This document shows, one piece after another, positions 28,266 to 37,872 of a stretch of DNA of 64,000 nucleotides (its first letter is position 1; each line of letters begins with the position of its first letter). The translations under genes were made by a program, and so were the position numbers. A model generated the notes under the pieces. The model had not been told where the DNA came from. It searched no databases and saw only the letters and a program-made list of their open reading frames with translations. Source of the stretch: Spirochaetia bacterium (lineage in GTDB: Bacteria > Spirochaetota > Spirochaetia > SZUA-6 > Bin103). The DNA is taken from the NCBI GenBank assembly GCA_965203905.1, contig CBDBDQ010000005.1, positions 5,216,001 through 5,280,000 on the forward strand, given 5' to 3'.

Positions 28266-29621
28266 TTACGGCGGCGGGAGATGGCGCTCCCCGGTGACGC
28301 TGATTCGGAAGCGGTCGTCGGGGGCCGGCAGCGGGTTCATGACGATGTGCAGGGTCTGATCCGGCGGCTGCATCGCCACGCGAAAGTGGCGAAACAGGAC
28401 GGCGGTGATGACCAGATACAGCAGATCGGCGGTTGACGCACCCAGGCAGGTGTGCGGCCCGAGGCCGTACGGGCAATACGCGTTCGGCTGCAGGTGCTCC
28501 TTGCGCTCGGGAGCGTAGCGGGTCACGTCGAAGCGTTCCGGATCGGGAAAGAACTCGGGCAGATGATGGGTCACGGTATTGGCGATGATGCAGTACTCGT
28601 CCTGCGGAATCCGGTAGCCCTGGAACTCGAAGGCGGCGGTGCTGGTGCGGGGCAGGGCGGGCGCCGGCGGATACATGCGCAATGTCTCCATGGCCGCCCA
28701 CCGCGTCCGGACCATGCGCCGCATCGAGTCGCGGTCCGGGAAGCCGGACTCGAATGCCAGGTCCGCCTCCGCGACCACCGCCCGCTGCAGGTCGGAATCG
28801 TCCAGGATGTGGAACAGGAGCAGGGTGGAGGCGCTGGCCGCGGTATCCATGCCGGCGACGAACGGGCCGATGAGCGCGGCCACGGCGTCCCGTTCGCTCA
28901 TCAGGCGGGGGTGCTCGGCGTGGAACCTGCGAACCATGGCCACGAAGTCGCCCTCGCGCGGGGCCTGTTCGCTCACGTGATGCTGGTCCCAGATGCGGCG
29001 CGCCATCCCCAGCACCGAGCGCCGTGACGAGACGTAGCGCGGCAGGTGCTGCAGGAACCCGGGCCACACCCTGCGGATGTGGATCTGCACCAGCGCGCGA
29101 AAGAAGTAGATCAAGTCATCCATGACCTCATCCGGTTCCTGGTTGGTGGCCATGAATCCCAGCAGCGACGAAACCAGGCGCTTCACGTACGGGAAGGCGG
29201 GGATGGGTGCGCCCTGCGGCCAGGCCCGCACCAATTCGAGCTGGCTGGTGACCAGCTTCTCCATCTGCGGATACAGCGTGCGGCTGGAGTAGCCGTCCTT
29301 GAGCCCGGCGCGCATGATGCGGTGATCGGGCCCGTCCCGCTGGATGAGCGTCGGACTGTCCCCTCCGAGCACCTGGTGGAGGTCCCCCAGCGAGTCTGCG
29401 GACGAAAACAGCTCGTGGCCGCGTTGCTTCATCAGCGCGTTCGCTTCGGGGCCGGCCAGCACCAGCGGGCGCTGTCCCAGAATCGGTACCCGGAATACCG
29501 GGCCGAGCCGCAGATACTGCTTGGTAAAGAACTCGCTCAGGGCCGTAAGCATCGGCACCAGGTTGCCCACGAGCGGCAGGCCCGGAGCCAGCGGTATGCT
29601 CACGGTGGATGCGGGTGCCAT
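28266..29621 (-). CDS. Cytochrome P450
   Basis: I-helix AGMDT, ETLR (ExxR), PERF, heme motif PYGLGPHTCLG. Confidence 0.95.
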   Translation of the reverse strand: MAPASTVSIPLAPGLPLVGNLVPMLTALSEFFTKQYLRLGPVFRVPILGQRPLVLAGPEANALMKQRGHELFSSADSLGDLHQVLGGDSPTLIQRDGPDHRIMRAGLKDGYSSRTLYPQMEKLVTSQLELVRAWPQGAPIPAFPYVKRLVSSLLGFMATNQEPDEVMDDLIYFFRALVQIHIRRVWPGFLQHLPRYVSSRRSVLGMARRIWDQHHVSEQAPREGDFVAMVRRFHAEHPRLMSERDAVAALIGPFVAGMDTAASASTLLLFHILDDSDLQRAVVAEADLAFESGFPDRDSMRRMVRTRWAAMETLRMYPPAPALPRTSTAAFEFQGYRIPQDEYCIIANTVTHHLPEFFPDPERFDVTRYAPERKEHLQPNAYCPYGLGPHTCLGASTADLLYLVITAVLFRHFRVAMQPPDQTLHIVMNPLPAPDDRFRISVTGERHLPPP

Positions 29622-29972
29622 CTATGCGGAAGGTACCGGACGCGGCGAAGCGGCGGCAACGCGGCGGTGCGGTGATCGTCGTATGATGGGTGCCGCCATG
29701 GGACGCACGCACCTTGCACCTGGAGCGCCGGCTGCCGCCCTTCGCCAACCTCCTTCGCGAGCACCACGTGCCGGCCGTCGTACCTGGCAGCGAGCCGCTT
29801 TCGATTGGGAGCACGGAGGCGAGTGATCTAGTCCGCGCTCCGGTGCGGCCGCCACAGGTGACTGATATCCTCGATCGCGTATTGTGCCGGTTTCCACGAA
29901 TTGACACCGAAACCGAGTAACATCATCCCAGCATCCGTGGTTCTTGCTTATAGCGGATCGAGCCGAGGACCA

Positions 29973-30623
29973 ATGAACGAACGACAATCCGTGGCACGCG
30001 GCCACGTGCCGGTGATCAACCTCTCGGAACAGGACCGACTACGCATCCGCTTGGGTGCCGTGAGCGTGGACTCGATCCCTCGCGGCGGAGGCCGAGCGCT
30101 GTTCGAGCTCTTCTCATCCAGGAATGAACTGGCAACGGCCCTCACCATCACCGTGGAAGCGCCGGAGTTCCGCGCCGCCGCCGCGGGCGCGATCCCCGAG
30201 CCCGACTACGAGCAGATCACGGTCGAGGCGGCCGCCCGGCTGTGCGAAGACCTGAAAGCGATGATCGAAAGCCTCGATGGCATGGCGGACGAGGTACGTC
30301 GGCGTGGCCGCCCGCTGCCCGGAGGTGGGCTTGGCGTTGTGTTGGAACCGGAGCATCCTGGCGATCCCGGCCCTCCCTACTGGTTGGTCAGACAGGACCC
30401 CTCAGATCCTACCAGCGGGGGGAGTCTGTTCGAGCAGACGAAAGCGCCTATCGACACGGTATGCGGGACCTGCAAGACGCCGATCGTCAAGGGCGCGCCG
30501 TGCTACGCGATCTACGTGTCGCCCGAGAACAGGGAACTGCTCGGGTACCGGTGCACGAAGTCGATCTGCATAGACGGCGAACTGATTGACGCGCTTCCGC
30601 CCGGTGCCAAGCGGGTGGAGTAG
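29973..30623 (+). CDS. Hypothetical protein with a Cys-rich C-terminus
   Basis: GAGGA RBS before ATG 29973; CGTC...IVKGAPC...RCTKSIC. Confidence 0.55.
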   Translation: MNERQSVARGHVPVINLSEQDRLRIRLGAVSVDSIPRGGGRALFELFSSRNELATALTITVEAPEFRAAAAGAIPEPDYEQITVEAAARLCEDLKAMIESLDGMADEVRRRGRPLPGGGLGVVLEPEHPGDPGPPYWLVRQDPSDPTSGGSLFEQTKAPIDTVCGTCKTPIVKGAPCYAIYVSPENRELLGYRCTKSICIDGELIDALPPGAKRVE

Positions 30624-30654
30624 ACCGCCGGTCTTACTTCGCCGCCTGCGACGG

Positions 30655-31599
30655 TCATTGGGCGGGGAATGCCTCCCGATAGTCGGCCCACTCGGTCTCG
30701 CTGAGCGGCGTGCTGGCGGCGCGGATGTTGTCTTCGAGCTGGGCGGCGTTGAGGCTGCCGATCGGGTTGCCGTGGATGCGCTCCTCGCGCAGACAGTACT
30801 GCAGCGCGAGGTGCAGCAGGTCGATGCCGCGCTCCCGGCACCACTCCCAGCGCGCGCGGGCCGCGGCGATGTCCTCTTGGTTGCGGTAGTTGCCCAGCTT
30901 GGCGGCCTCCTCCGGGTCGACGCCGGTCAGCAGGCCGCGCAGGATCGACCAGCCGTTCATGACGCCCACGTCGGCGGCGGCCGCGGCCGGCAGCACTCCG
31001 TCGGCGGCGCTCTGCCGCAGCAGGTGGTAGTCGCTGAAGCACAGCAGGAAGTCGACGTCGCCGGTGGCGATCGCCTGGCGGTGGAAGTCGTGCGGGCGCA
31101 TGCCGAAGCCGACGTTGCGCACCAGGCCGCGCGCCTTGAGCCGGAGCAGCCCGGCCAGGGTGCCGTCCCGGGCCAGGGTCGGCTCCATCCGCCGCGGATC
31201 GTGGATCAGCACTCCGTCGAAGTAGTCGCTGCCGAGCAGGGCGAGCTGGTCCTCCACGTCGCGCACTACCCGTTCCGCGGAATAGTCCGGCTCGCCGTCG
31301 CCGTAGGCGCCCCAGTCCGCCCCGGAGTGGCAGCACAGCCGCCCGGTGATGATCACCTCGTCGCGGGGGATCTCCTGCAGCGCCAGGCCCAGCTTGCGCA
31401 GCGAGTCGCCGTAGCAGCGGGCGCAGTCGAAGTGGTTGACCCTTAGTGCCACGGCGTGCTTGACCAGCGCCACCGCGTCCGCGTCGGCCACGAAGCCGAA
31501 GTGGTTGCCGAAGCCCTGGGTGCCGAACGGAATGACGGGAATCGAGAGCCCGGTCTTGCCCAGCACGCGCCGGGGGAGAGGGAAGGGTGCCTGACTCAC
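30655..31599 (-). CDS. Aldo/keto reductase
   Basis: RRVLGKTGL, NHFDCARCYG, LGSDYFDGVLIHDP, QLEDNI. Confidence 0.88.
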   Translation of the reverse strand: MSQAPFPLPRRVLGKTGLSIPVIPFGTQGFGNHFGFVADADAVALVKHAVALRVNHFDCARCYGDSLRKLGLALQEIPRDEVIITGRLCCHSGADWGAYGDGEPDYSAERVVRDVEDQLALLGSDYFDGVLIHDPRRMEPTLARDGTLAGLLRLKARGLVRNVGFGMRPHDFHRQAIATGDVDFLLCFSDYHLLRQSAADGVLPAAAAADVGVMNGWSILRGLLTGVDPEEAAKLGNYRNQEDIAAARARWEWCRERGIDLLHLALQYCLREERIHGNPIGSLNAAQLEDNIRAASTPLSETEWADYREAFPAQ

Positions 31600-32246
31600 G
31601 TGGATGCTCCTTGTTCGATGCCTTCCCTGCACCAGGCCAGGCAGTTGCGCAGCAGGCTCCGATAGGAGGGATGCTGCCACACTTCCGGGTTGTGGCCCGG
31701 GGTGAGCATGCACACACGCCCGGCGCCGTGAGCGCGGGTCCAGCCCGCCGGCTGGGTGCCGTGCTCCGAGGTGGTGTGCAGGAACAGGTCCACCTCGGGG
31801 TCGTTCATCGCCATCTGGTAGTGCTCGTCCTTGAGGGTGAATTTGCCGCTGCCGCGGGTGAGCCGGTGGTCCGCACGCGGCTCGACGCTCACCGCACACT
31901 GCGGCGGGTGGCCGGTGAAGATGCCGCCCATGAGCCGGCACAGCGACGGCGAGTCGTCGTACAGCGCGCTGCCGGAGTGCAGCACCAGCAGGCTGTTGCC
32001 GCGGGCGACGTGGGCGGCGAGGGCGTGCCCGTCCGCCTCCGTGGCCCAGGGAGCCGACTCGGTCCGCGAGCGGTTGTTGGCCTTGGAGAGGATCACCAGC
32101 GGATACCCGCCCAACCGTGCGGCGGACCACTGGTCGGGATCTTCGAGCCAGTCGAAGCGGCAACCGCAGTCGCCCAGTCCGAGCAGCCCGTCACGGGTCA
32201 GCGATGCGGGGTGGGCGGTGTCGTCGCACAGCACGAGCGTATCCAT
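31596..32246 (-). CDS. ThuA-like (class I glutamine-amidotransferase fold) protein
   Basis: LLVLHSG, GG.FTGHP, DEHY, G.GRV...TPGH. Confidence 0.85.
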   Translation of the reverse strand: MDTLVLCDDTAHPASLTRDGLLGLGDCGCRFDWLEDPDQWSAARLGGYPLVILSKANNRSRTESAPWATEADGHALAAHVARGNSLLVLHSGSALYDDSPSLCRLMGGIFTGHPPQCAVSVEPRADHRLTRGSGKFTLKDEHYQMAMNDPEVDLFLHTTSEHGTQPAGWTRAHGAGRVCMLTPGHNPEVWQHPSYRSLLRNCLAWCREGIEQGAST

Positions 32247-32600
32247 GGCAGTTCCTTGGGCGCATCATACCGCACCCCGATATCTGTCCGATAGCTGCTA
32301 ACACCGCCAGGGCCGGCCACCCAGGCGGACGCGGCTCCTGGCAGCGGGCGGCGTCAGCCTCTGGGGCAGTCGTCGACGAGATGTCCCCAGGCCGCGCGCG
32401 GGGAGTTGGCATTGGTCAGTGACCCGGGTATCGGCGTGCGACTCGATTGGGAGGCGGTCGAGCGCCATACGGAACAGTGCGTGGAGGTTGTGTAGCCTCA
32501 CGACGCTACTTTGATGGTAGGCGTCTCCCCGCGCCGATACTATGAAAGAACCGCCCCGGCGGCCATAATGTGCGACCAGCGAACCTCGGGAGTTGCTGCC

Positions 32601-33692
32601 ATGTCCAAGCCGGCCCCTGCCAAGATCAGTCTGGTGGACTGCGACGTGCACCACACCATCGAGAAACCGGATGATCTGTTCCCCTACCTGCCGCGCCACT
32701 ACGTCGAGTACATCAAGGACTTCGGCACCATGCTGTCGAGCGTGGGTTACACCAACATGCCGTTCAAGGGCGTGCGCAACGAGCTGTGGGCCAACGGCCA
32801 GAAGCAGCATCCGGCGTCCGACGTGGAGCAGACGCGCAGCGCGCATCTGGACGCGTGCCGGATCGACCTGGCGCTGCTCACCGGAAGCGGCGTATACGGT
32901 GCCGCGGTCCATCCCGAGGCCGACTACGCGGCCGCGCTGTGCCGGGCCTTCAATGACTTCACCCTCGACCGGTGGATCGCGGCCGACGACCGGTTCCGCG
33001 CCTCGATCTCCATTTCTCCGACCGACCCGCAGCAGGCGGCGGCGGAGATTCATCGTCTTGGCGAACATCCGCGGGTGCTGCAGGTGATCATGCCGGCCGG
33101 CGCGCGCATGCCGTTCGGCAACCGGTTCTACCATCCCATCTACGCGGCAGCACAAGAGCACGGGTTGCCGATCTGCGTGCACTTCGGTGCCGAGGGCGCC
33201 GGGGTGGCGAACGCGCCCACTGCTGCGGGCTATCCGTCCTACTACCTGGAGATGCGCATGGCGCGCCCGCAGATTGCCATGGCCCATACCGCCAGCCTGA
33301 TCTGCGAGGGGGTGTTCGAGCGCTTTCCGCAACTCAGGTTCCTGTTCATCGAGCACGACACGTTCTGGGTGCCGGGCATGATGTGGCACATGGACGCAGA
33401 CTGGAAGGCGGTACGCGACTACACGCCGTGGGTGAAGAAGCTGCCCAGCGAGTACATCCGGGGGCACATCCGCTTCGGCAGCCAGCCGATGGAGCAGCCG
33501 CCGACGCGTGGCGATCTCAAGACCTTCCTGAAGTGGCTGCGGGCGGACGAGATCCTGGTGTACGCCAGCGATTATCCGCACTGGGACTGGGACGATCCCA
33601 AGACGGTGCTGCCGGGGATCGACGGCGATCTGCGGCGCCGCATCTTTGCCGAAACCGCCTGCGAGATGTACGGGCTCGTCGGCGCCGGCTGA
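32601..33692 (+). CDS. Amidohydrolase_2 family protein
   Basis: VDCDVHH, RAFND, LPICVH, EGVFERFP.L, YASDYPHWDWD. Confidence 0.9.
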   Translation: MSKPAPAKISLVDCDVHHTIEKPDDLFPYLPRHYVEYIKDFGTMLSSVGYTNMPFKGVRNELWANGQKQHPASDVEQTRSAHLDACRIDLALLTGSGVYGAAVHPEADYAAALCRAFNDFTLDRWIAADDRFRASISISPTDPQQAAAEIHRLGEHPRVLQVIMPAGARMPFGNRFYHPIYAAAQEHGLPICVHFGAEGAGVANAPTAAGYPSYYLEMRMARPQIAMAHTASLICEGVFERFPQLRFLFIEHDTFWVPGMMWHMDADWKAVRDYTPWVKKLPSEYIRGHIRFGSQPMEQPPTRGDLKTFLKWLRADEILVYASDYPHWDWDDPKTVLPGIDGDLRRRIFAETACEMYGLVGAG

Positions 33693-33714
33693 GCACCGGT
33701 TTCGATTGCACCCG

Positions 33715-34077
33715 ATGCGCCGGTACGTGGTCGCCAAGCGCAGCGAGCTTGAGACGGGTCAGCGCCGGATCGTGCCGGTCGGCGGTCGTGGCGGGATCGG
33801 CGTGTTCAACGTGGACGGCAGCTACTACGCCTTGCGCAATCGCTGCCCGCACAAGGGCGGGCCGCTGTGCCAGGGGCGGCTGCGGCCGCACGTGGTGGCG
33901 GACGCCGTCTACCGGGTGCAGCAGGAGCGCGGGGGTGAGATCCTGAAGTGTGCCTGGCACAACTGGGAATTCGACCTCAAGACCGGCGTGGCGCTGTACG
34001 ATCCGGCGCTGCGGGTAAAGACCTATCGAGTGCAGGTGGAGCACGACGACGTGGTCCTGTACCTGGACGGCACATGA
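33715..34077 (+). CDS. Rieske [2Fe-2S] ferredoxin-like protein
   Basis: NRCPHKGGPL and KCAWHNWEFDL.TG. Confidence 0.92.
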   Translation: MRRYVVAKRSELETGQRRIVPVGGRGGIGVFNVDGSYYALRNRCPHKGGPLCQGRLRPHVVADAVYRVQQERGGEILKCAWHNWEFDLKTGVALYDPALRVKTYRVQVEHDDVVLYLDGT

Positions 34078-35228
34078 GCCAGCACCAGTCGATCGCGGGG
34101 GAGCTGTTTCCCAGCGAATACCGCCGCGGCACCGACCGCCACACCGGTACCACGATACATCAGCTCACCTCGGCTCCCTGCATCAACCATCCTCCCTACT
34201 TCCTGACCTCGGCGCTTACCCCGGACGAGCGGCACCTGCTGTTTACCTCCTACCGCACCGGCGCGCCGCAGCTCTACGAGATAGCGCTGCTGGATGGGCC
34301 CATCCGCCAGCTCACCGCGGTCGCCGGCCTGCACCCCTACTCGGCGATCCTGACCGGCGCTGGTGAGGAGGTGCTGTATACGCGTCGTGACGAAGCGGGC
34401 GGGGGGATGATCGAGGCGCTGCGGCGCGACGACCTCACCTGCCGCCCGGTGTGCCGGCTGCCGGGGGCGCAGCTCGGCGAGTGCAGCGTGTCGGCGGACG
34501 GGAACTGGGTGGTGACGGCCATGAAGCGGGGAGAGCGCCACGGCATCGCGGTGGCGGCCACCTCAGGGGCCGGCGAACCCGTGCTGGTGGAGTTTCCGCG
34601 CATGGTAATCCACCCGCAGTTCCACCCTGCGGACAGCGACTGGATCGAGCTGGCCGCCGACCCGGCACCGCGCATGTACCGGGTGCGGCGTGATGGCAAC
34701 GGCCTGGAGTGCCTCTACGAGCATGGCAACGATGAGTTCGTGGTCCACGAGACGTTCCTCGGCAGCATCGGCGATGTCGTGTTCACCGTGTGGCCCCGCG
34801 CCCTGCGCCGGCTGTCGTGGGCCTCGGGCGCAATCAGCACCATCGTCGAGTTGAACGCGTGGCACATTTCGCCGAACCGTGCCGGGACCCGAATCGTGTG
34901 CGACACCAACCACCCGGATCGCGGCATGCTCACCATCGACGTGGCGACCGGTGCCACCCGCGTGATCTGTCACCCCGGCAGCTCCAACGGCGGCAGCCAG
35001 TGGGCCAGCTCGCGCTACGCGCTGGCCGAGGACTTCGCGCGCGCCGCGCGCACGGCGCAGGAAGGCACAGCCGCGAAACCGGCGCTGAGCTGGATGGAAT
35101 CGCCCACCGACACCGTCTACGGCCCGCAGTGGTCGCATCCGCACCCCGCCTTCAGTCCGTCCGAACGCTTCGTCAGCTACACTTCCGACGCCAGTGGATT
35201 CCCGCAGGTGTACCTCGCCGAGTTGTAG
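34074..35228 (+). CDS. Oligogalacturonate-lyase-like beta-propeller protein
   Basis: D..TG..I.QLT, H.PYF....TPD...LLF.S.RTG, HPQF.P, VHE, HPHPAFSP....V.YTSD..G.PQVY. Confidence 0.75.
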   Translation: MSQHQSIAGELFPSEYRRGTDRHTGTTIHQLTSAPCINHPPYFLTSALTPDERHLLFTSYRTGAPQLYEIALLDGPIRQLTAVAGLHPYSAILTGAGEEVLYTRRDEAGGGMIEALRRDDLTCRPVCRLPGAQLGECSVSADGNWVVTAMKRGERHGIAVAATSGAGEPVLVEFPRMVIHPQFHPADSDWIELAADPAPRMYRVRRDGNGLECLYEHGNDEFVVHETFLGSIGDVVFTVWPRALRRLSWASGAISTIVELNAWHISPNRAGTRIVCDTNHPDRGMLTIDVATGATRVICHPGSSNGGSQWASSRYALAEDFARAARTAQEGTAAKPALSWMESPTDTVYGPQWSHPHPAFSPSERFVSYTSDASGFPQVYLAEL

Positions 35229-35608
35229 TTCAAGTGCAAGATCGGACTTGATTCGTGTTCTAATGTTGAGTGATTGCAGAGCTCTCGTGGGGTTATTGAG
35301 CGCCCTGCGTCTGGCCCTAGTTGGTTTACACTGGGATATGAGAACAGTACAATGTAGTGGTAGATCGCACTCTTTTTTTTGGTGCTTCGGGAGGCTGCCA
35401 GCATAGCCAGCAGAAGTGATCCCATGATCGTCCCAACAGAATCCTCATGTTCGGGATTTTTGCCGCGCATCGAGCTTGGAGGTTCACCAATGGCACCTGC
35501 CAGGCCCGTTCAGATGAGTTACCACGATCGCTCCGTGACACGGGAGACCATGAAAACGGCGCATGGGGCAGTGCCGGGTGGCCGCCATTTTCGGACCAGG
35601 CTTGCGAA

Positions 35609-36571
35609 GTGAGTCGTTACGGGTCCCAGGAATCCGCGTATCGGGAAATGGTAGAACCCTTTCTGATCATCATTTCGTTCACCGTTGCGGTCGTCTTGGT
35701 GGCTGTGTTTGCGATCTCAGCGCCACTCAGTACGGCCGGCACCCTGAGTCCGGTGGGACGCATCGGCTATTTTGCATCAGTGGTCGCGCTGTGTTGGCCA
35801 TTGGACCATGCCTTTGCCGCGCTGCTGCTCCATAACGTCCGCCGGCCGAGCTGGTTGCGGCTGGCACCGGTGACGCTGGCGGCCGGGTTGTTCGCGGCGG
35901 CCAACGTGGCCACGGTCGCGTATGGCCTGTTCTGGTTGTTCGTGCCGCACTACACCGGTGACATTCGTTGGTCCCGGATCTATCTGCTCTCCGCGGTGGT
36001 TACCGTCCCATATATCGCATTGCTCTACCTGCTGGCATGCCAGCGTACCGGACTCAGGCCGGTAGTCGAGGGTGCCGTTGCGGCCGGGCGCCTGGCGCCG
36101 GCCACGGCCGGTGCTGAAGCGGCCGCGTCCATGGCTGGCGTAGCGGTCGGACCGGAAGCGCGTCCGGAGGTAAGCGTGGCCCGGAGCCAGGGTACCGGCG
36201 CACTGCAGGCGTCATCTCCTGGCGGGCAAGAGGGGAGGCCGCAGGTGCGCTTCCTTGACCGCCTTCCTGCGGCACTGGGCCGCGACATCGTGTATCTCAA
36301 GGTGCGAAGCCACTACGTCAACGTGGTCACGACCGCCGGCTCCGGTGCGCTCCTCATGCGTTTCGCGGACGCGGTTGCAGCGCTCGACGACCTCGGGATG
36401 CAGGTCCACCGTTCCTATTGGGTGGCGCGGCGCCATGTGGTCGGCATCGAGCGCCGGGCCGAGCGCACGGTGCTGCTACTCACCGGTGGCGAGGAAGTGC
36501 CGGTGAGCCGCACCCATTTGGCCGCCGTGCGCGATGCCCTGCCGGCAAACACCGTAAAGGCGCCGGAGTAG
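35609..36571 (+). CDS. Membrane-anchored LytTR DNA-binding protein (paralog 1)
   Basis: About four hydrophobic segments, then FLDRLP...HYVNVVT..G..LLMRFADA...GMQVHRSYWVA...VPVSR. Start is uncertain (GTG 35609 or ATG 35648). Confidence 0.88.
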   Translation: MSRYGSQESAYREMVEPFLIIISFTVAVVLVAVFAISAPLSTAGTLSPVGRIGYFASVVALCWPLDHAFAALLLHNVRRPSWLRLAPVTLAAGLFAAANVATVAYGLFWLFVPHYTGDIRWSRIYLLSAVVTVPYIALLYLLACQRTGLRPVVEGAVAAGRLAPATAGAEAAASMAGVAVGPEARPEVSVARSQGTGALQASSPGGQEGRPQVRFLDRLPAALGRDIVYLKVRSHYVNVVTTAGSGALLMRFADAVAALDDLGMQVHRSYWVARRHVVGIERRAERTVLLLTGGEEVPVSRTHLAAVRDALPANTVKAPE

Positions 36572-36792
36572 CGCCACACTTCGTGAAAGTGTGAAAGTGT
36601 ACACCCTGTAGACTCACTCTTGAGAATCACGCTATGATTTGCGCTTTCGGCGCGCGGACGCTGGCAGGAAAAATCAGTGATCTACGGTGTTCTTGGCCCA
36701 GGGTCACAGCCTGGATGGCAACCATGAAGGCGTGAAAGTGCGCGCGAATGACGAAGGCTCGTGGATTCCGAATGTTGCGCGGAGGTGAGTGC

Positions 36793-37749
36793 ATGGATGA
36801 CGCTCACGCAGGTCGATCCGGTCCGAACCTAAGACTCGCGTATCGCGAGTTGTTCCGAAGGCAGCTTATGCTCATTTCGGTCAGCATTTCATGCGTACTG
36901 GTACTGTTTCATGCCGTTGCCGGGCCAGGCGGAGAGGTTCTTCCGCAACTGCTGCCGCGCCTCGGGTACTTTGGACTGATGGCCGCCCTCTCCTGGCCCA
37001 TGGGCCACGGCATGGCGGCGCTGTTGCTCTACTTTGTGCGTCGCGGCCGTCCCTACCACGTGATTCTGGTGTCGCTGGCGGGGGCGCTTTACATCGCCGC
37101 CAACCTGGCTATGGTCGGATACGCCATCCACCGCTTGCTGGTCGGCGCCGGACAGGAATTGTACCCGTGGTCGGACTACTATCTGCGCGCATTATTGCCG
37201 AGCCTCCTGCACGTCGGCGTGATCAACTACCTGGCGTGCCAGCGTGCGTCGCTCAGGCCCATCGCCGGGGGTGTGCACGCCGCCGCGGCTGAAACCCGGA
37301 CCCCGCCGGAGGCTACGGGAGTGATCGTCGACACTCGTCCCGTTGTCAGTGGCGCGCCCGGTGCGGCAGGCGCGGCGCCGGGCGCGACTTCGAGCAGTGC
37401 CGATCAAGCCGCCACACTCCAGGCACGGTTTCTTGACCGCCTGCCCCCGGAGGTCGGCCGGGACGTGGTCTATCTCAAGGTGAGCGGCCACTACATCACG
37501 GTGGTCACGACAGCCGGGTCAGGCAGTCTTCTGATGCGGCTTGCGGACGCCGTCGCGGAACTCGAAGGTGAAGGTATGCAGGTGCACCGCTCGTTCTGGG
37601 TGGCCTATCGCCACATCACCGCGATTGAGCAGCGCGACGGGCGCACCGTGGTGTGCCTCACCGGAGGCGAGGAGGTGCCGGTGAGCCGCACCTTCGTCGC
37701 TGCCGTGCGCGCGGCCGCCGCCCGCCAGTCCATATCGTTGGTCAGTTGA
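36793..37749 (+). CDS. Membrane-anchored LytTR DNA-binding protein (paralog 2)
   Basis: GGAGG RBS at 36781. Same architecture, with GMQVHRSFWVA and VPVSR. Confidence 0.88.
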   Translation: MDDAHAGRSGPNLRLAYRELFRRQLMLISVSISCVLVLFHAVAGPGGEVLPQLLPRLGYFGLMAALSWPMGHGMAALLLYFVRRGRPYHVILVSLAGALYIAANLAMVGYAIHRLLVGAGQELYPWSDYYLRALLPSLLHVGVINYLACQRASLRPIAGGVHAAAAETRTPPEATGVIVDTRPVVSGAPGAAGAAPGATSSSADQAATLQARFLDRLPPEVGRDVVYLKVSGHYITVVTTAGSGSLLMRLADAVAELEGEGMQVHRSFWVAYRHITAIEQRDGRTVVCLTGGEEVPVSRTFVAAVRAAAARQSISLVS

Positions 37750-37872
37750 GAGACGCCGCGCGACCGTCGCGCCCGGCGGTGCCGCGCCGTGCCCCGAGTG
37801 TGCGGCTGGCAGCTCGCTGCCGCCAAGTGCGTTTGCGCGCGGCGCGGAATGCTACTACGATGCCCGCCACCG

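Noticed and set aside
29801-32454. Shared 11-mer tcgattgggag in two intergenic regions (29801 and 32443)
   Set aside because: Similarity does not extend and there are only two copies, so it is compatible with chance.
26015-35228. Secondary-metabolite biosynthetic cluster around the P450, sulfatase and Rieske genes
   Set aside because: No scaffold enzyme (PKS, NRPS, terpene cyclase, RiPP precursor or maturase); orientations are mixed and the content looks catabolic.
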